Assembly (NCBI RefSeq): GCF_000940845.1 | Contig: NZ_CP010341.1 | Location: 1,200,001 to 1,232,000 of the forward strand | Direction of reading: 5' to 3' | Length of the DNA stretch: 32,000 nucleotides | DNA from: Propionibacterium freudenreichii subsp. freudenreichii | GTDB taxonomy: Bacteria > Actinomycetota > Actinomycetes > Propionibacteriales > Propionibacteriaceae | Shown: piece after piece, positions 29,695 to 32,000 of the stretch | Layout of the letters: each line of letters begins with the position of its first letter | Numbering within the stretch: the stretch's first letter is position 1 | The notes under the pieces: generated by a model | Told to the model about the DNA's origin: nothing | Seen by the model: the letters and a program-made list of their open reading frames with translations, nothing else | The model's database searches: none | Translations under genes and position numbers: made by a program

Positions 29695-30416
29695 GCATGC
29701 CGTTCTACATCTCGCCCGATCAGATGATGAAGGACCGGGCCGAATTCGCCCGCAAGGGAATCGCGCGGGGACGCTCGGCGATCACCGCGCGCTACCACGA
29801 TGGGATCGTCTTCCTGGCCGGGAACCCTTCGCACACGTTGCACAAGGTGTCGGAGATCCACGACCGGATCGGCTTCGCGGCCGTTGGCCGCTATCACGAG
29901 TTCGAGAACCTCCGGGTGGCAGGAATCCGCTATGCGGACCTGCGCGGCTACGCCTACGACCGTGCCGACGTGAGCGCCCGGGCGCTGGCCAATTCCTATG
30001 CCCAGCTGCTGGGGACCGCCTTCAGCGCCGGTGCGGAGAAGCCCTATGAGGTCGAACTTGTCGTGGCCGAGGTGGGCGATGCCGATCCCGACACCGCCGT
30101 GGCACAGGGCGGCGACCACGCCGACCGGCTGTATCGCATCAACTTCGACGGCTCGGTCTCCGACGAGGGCCCCTTCGCCGTGATCGGCGGCCACCCGGGT
30201 GCCGTGCAGGATGTCCTGCGCACCCGGCTGGATCCCACCGCGCCGCTCGCGATGGTGGTCAGCACCGCCATGGATGCCCTGCGTCGGGGTGGGTCACCTG
30301 AACTCGGTCCCGCCGATGTCGAAGTCGCAGTGCTCGACCGCACGCGCATCCCCTCACGCAAGTTTGTCCGCCTTGATGTTGCCCAGGTTGCCGGGCTGCT
30401 CGGAAAGGAATCCTGA
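29691..30416 (+). CDS. prcA: 20S proteasome alpha subunit
   Basis: [29 protein letters not shown]...[25 protein letters not shown]...RGYAYDR...KPYEVEL is collinear with M. tuberculosis PrcA. ATGA overlap with the prcB stop. Confidence 0.93.
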   Translation: [241 protein letters not shown]

Positions 30417-30417
30417 C

Positions 30418-31512
30418 GTGGCCCGCTCCACCTCCACGGCCGACGACGAAGAATCGCAACCCCTCAGCCCGGTGGTCATCATGGGCACCGGGCTGGTCGG
30501 CGCATCGATCGGATGTGCCCTCACCGCAGTCGGCGAGGACGTCCGGCTGCGTGACCGCTATCGCTCACATGCCGTCGTGGCCGCAGGCCTGGGCGCCGGC
30601 TCGGTCGAACATCCCATCCCCACCTCCGTGCACCTGGTGGTCGTCGCCGTGCCCCCGCAGGCCGTGCCCGAGGTCGTGGACTGGGCCCTGTCGCACTACC
30701 GCAATGCGGTGGTCACCGACGTCGCCAGCGTCAAGGCGCCCGTCCTGGCGGACCTGAGGGCCCGGGGACGCGATCTGTCGCGCTATGTCGGCTCGCACCC
30801 GATGGCCGGCTCGCAGTACAGCGGGCCCCTGACCGCCACCGCCACCTTGTTCGTGGATCGCACCTGGGTGGTGGCGCGAGGCACCGGGAACGAGGCTTCC
30901 CAACGCATGGTCGAACGGCTCGCGGTGATGTGCGGTGCCCATGTGGTGCACCTGGATGCCGACGAGCACGACCGCGCCGTGGCCGAGATCAGCCACATGC
31001 CACAACTGATGAGCAGCCTGACCGCCGCACGACTGCGTGACGTCCCCGCCTCCGACCTGCTGTTGGCCGGGCAGGGCGTGCGCGATGTCACGCGCATCGC
31101 CGGGTCCGATCCGGCCCTGTGGCGCCAGATCATCACCGCCAACAGCACCGAGATCGGCACCCAGCTGAGGGCGATCCGCGGCGACCTCGACAGGCTCATT
31201 GACCAGCTCGACGACCCCGACGCGATTGCCGACCTCGTCGAGCGCGGTCGCGAGGGCGTCGCGGCGCTACCCGGAAAGCACGGCCGCAAGATCGGGGACA
31301 TGTCCGCGGTGGTCGTGGAGATCCCGGATACACCCGGTGCGCTGGCACGGCTGTTCACCGACATCCAGGCGCAGGGAATCAACATTGAGGATCTGTCCAT
31401 CGAGCACGGATTGTCCCGGGAAGTCGGCTACCTGTCGGTGGCCGTCGACGCCGAGCGGGCTCCCGACCTGAGGGCCGCCATGGTGCGGGCCGGATGGGAC
31501 CTGCGCTCGTGA
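30418..31512 (+). CDS. tyrA: Prephenate dehydrogenase with C-terminal ACT domain
   Basis: ORF 30199..31512. GTG 30418 is 1 nt after the prcA TGA and 8 nt after GGAAAGGAA. NAD-binding IMGTGLVGASIG, DVASVK, GSHPMAG, DEHDRAVAEISHMPQL. ACT-like VVVEIPDTPGALARLFTDIQAQGINIEDL. Confidence 0.85.
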   Translation: MARSTSTADDEESQPLSPVVIMGTGLVGASIGCALTAVGEDVRLRDRYRSHAVVAAGLGAGSVEHPIPTSVHLVVVAVPPQAVPEVVDWALSHYRNAVVTDVASVKAPVLADLRARGRDLSRYVGSHPMAGSQYSGPLTATATLFVDRTWVVARGTGNEASQRMVERLAVMCGAHVVHLDADEHDRAVAEISHMPQLMSSLTAARLRDVPASDLLLAGQGVRDVTRIAGSDPALWRQIITANSTEIGTQLRAIRGDLDRLIDQLDDPDAIADLVERGREGVAALPGKHGRKIGDMSAVVVEIPDTPGALARLFTDIQAQGINIEDLSIEHGLSREVGYLSVAVDAERAPDLRAAMVRAGWDLRS

Positions 31513-31551
31513 GTGCAATGAGCAACGTCAACAACGATCGAGGAGAGGGCC

Positions 31552-32000
31552 ATGGCTGACAAGCCGGCATTGGTGATTGCGATTGATGGTCCCAGCGGGG
31601 CCGGTAAGTCGAGTACGGCGCGCGGGGTCGCCTGCCGCCTGTCCATGGCCTATCTGGATACCGGGGCCATGTACCGGGCCATCAGCTGGGCCTGCCTCAC
31701 TGATGGGGTCGACCCGACGAGCCATTCGGCCCTGTTCGCCCGGGCCGAAACCGCCGACCTGCAGATGGGACTCGATCCCCGCCACCCGACGATCATCGTG
31801 GACGGTCACGACGTGACCCGCGAGATCCGCGACCCGCGCATCTCGGACGCCGTCAGTGCCGTGGCCACCACGCCGGAGATCCGCACGCTGCTGACCTCGC
31901 ACATGCGCCAGATCATCAACCGCAATCCCCGCATCGTGGCCGAGGGACGCGATGTCACCACCCAGGTGTGGCCGCAGGCCCGGGTGCGCGTGCTCCTGGT
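31552..32000 (+). CDS. cmk: Cytidylate kinase, N-terminal fragment (3' end outside window)
   Basis: My own translation from ATG 31552 (AGGAGAG 5 nt upstream): MADKPALVIAIDGPSGAGKSSTARGVACRLSMAYLDTGAMYRA... is the CMP kinase P-loop/N-terminus. The frame stays open to the window edge, so it is absent from the ORF track. Confidence 0.85.
   Translation, partial: MADKPALVIAIDGPSGAGKSSTARGVACRLSMAYLDTGAMYRAISWACLTDGVDPTSHSALFARAETADLQMGLDPRHPTIIVDGHDVTREIRDPRISDAVSAVATTPEIRTLLTSHMRQIINRNPRIVAEGRDVTTQVWPQARVRVLL

Overview
High-G+C actinobacterial chromosomal core segment, almost entirely housekeeping genes. I call 27 CDSs; 25 are on the + strand and many have overlapping or abutting stop/start codons. 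Order: mltG (3' fragment) - aroC - aroK::aroB in-frame fusion - efp - nusB - carA - carB - pyrD - pyrF - mihF - gmk - rpoZ - metK - priA - fmt - rsmB - rpe - pepC -> | <- PAC2-family protein | metH -> hairpin + 34/35-bp tandem array <- sppA-like S49 peptidase | HAD hydrolase - trmI - prcB - prcA - tyrA - cmk (5' fragment). The order resembles, from memory, the Streptomyces/Mycobacterium core synteny blocks, but in compacted form. I recognised no rRNA, tRNA, CRISPR array, transposase, integrase, toxin-antitoxin or defence-type gene, and I see no convincing novel multi-gene system. The most unusual items are: (1) a nine-unit head-to-tail 34/35-bp repeat array with a conserved dyad core between convergent metH and sppA, which also supplies the sppA stop codon; (2) an apparently intact 20S proteasome operon (prcB-prcA) fused directly onto trmI, with none of the arc/mpa-dop-pup genes that normally lie between them; (3) an aroK-aroB read-through fusion that keeps an internal Shine-Dalgarno + ATG; (4) a PriA with no recognisable Walker A or DExH motifs. 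All calls come from reading the supplied translations and sequence by eye. No database search or folding computation was run.
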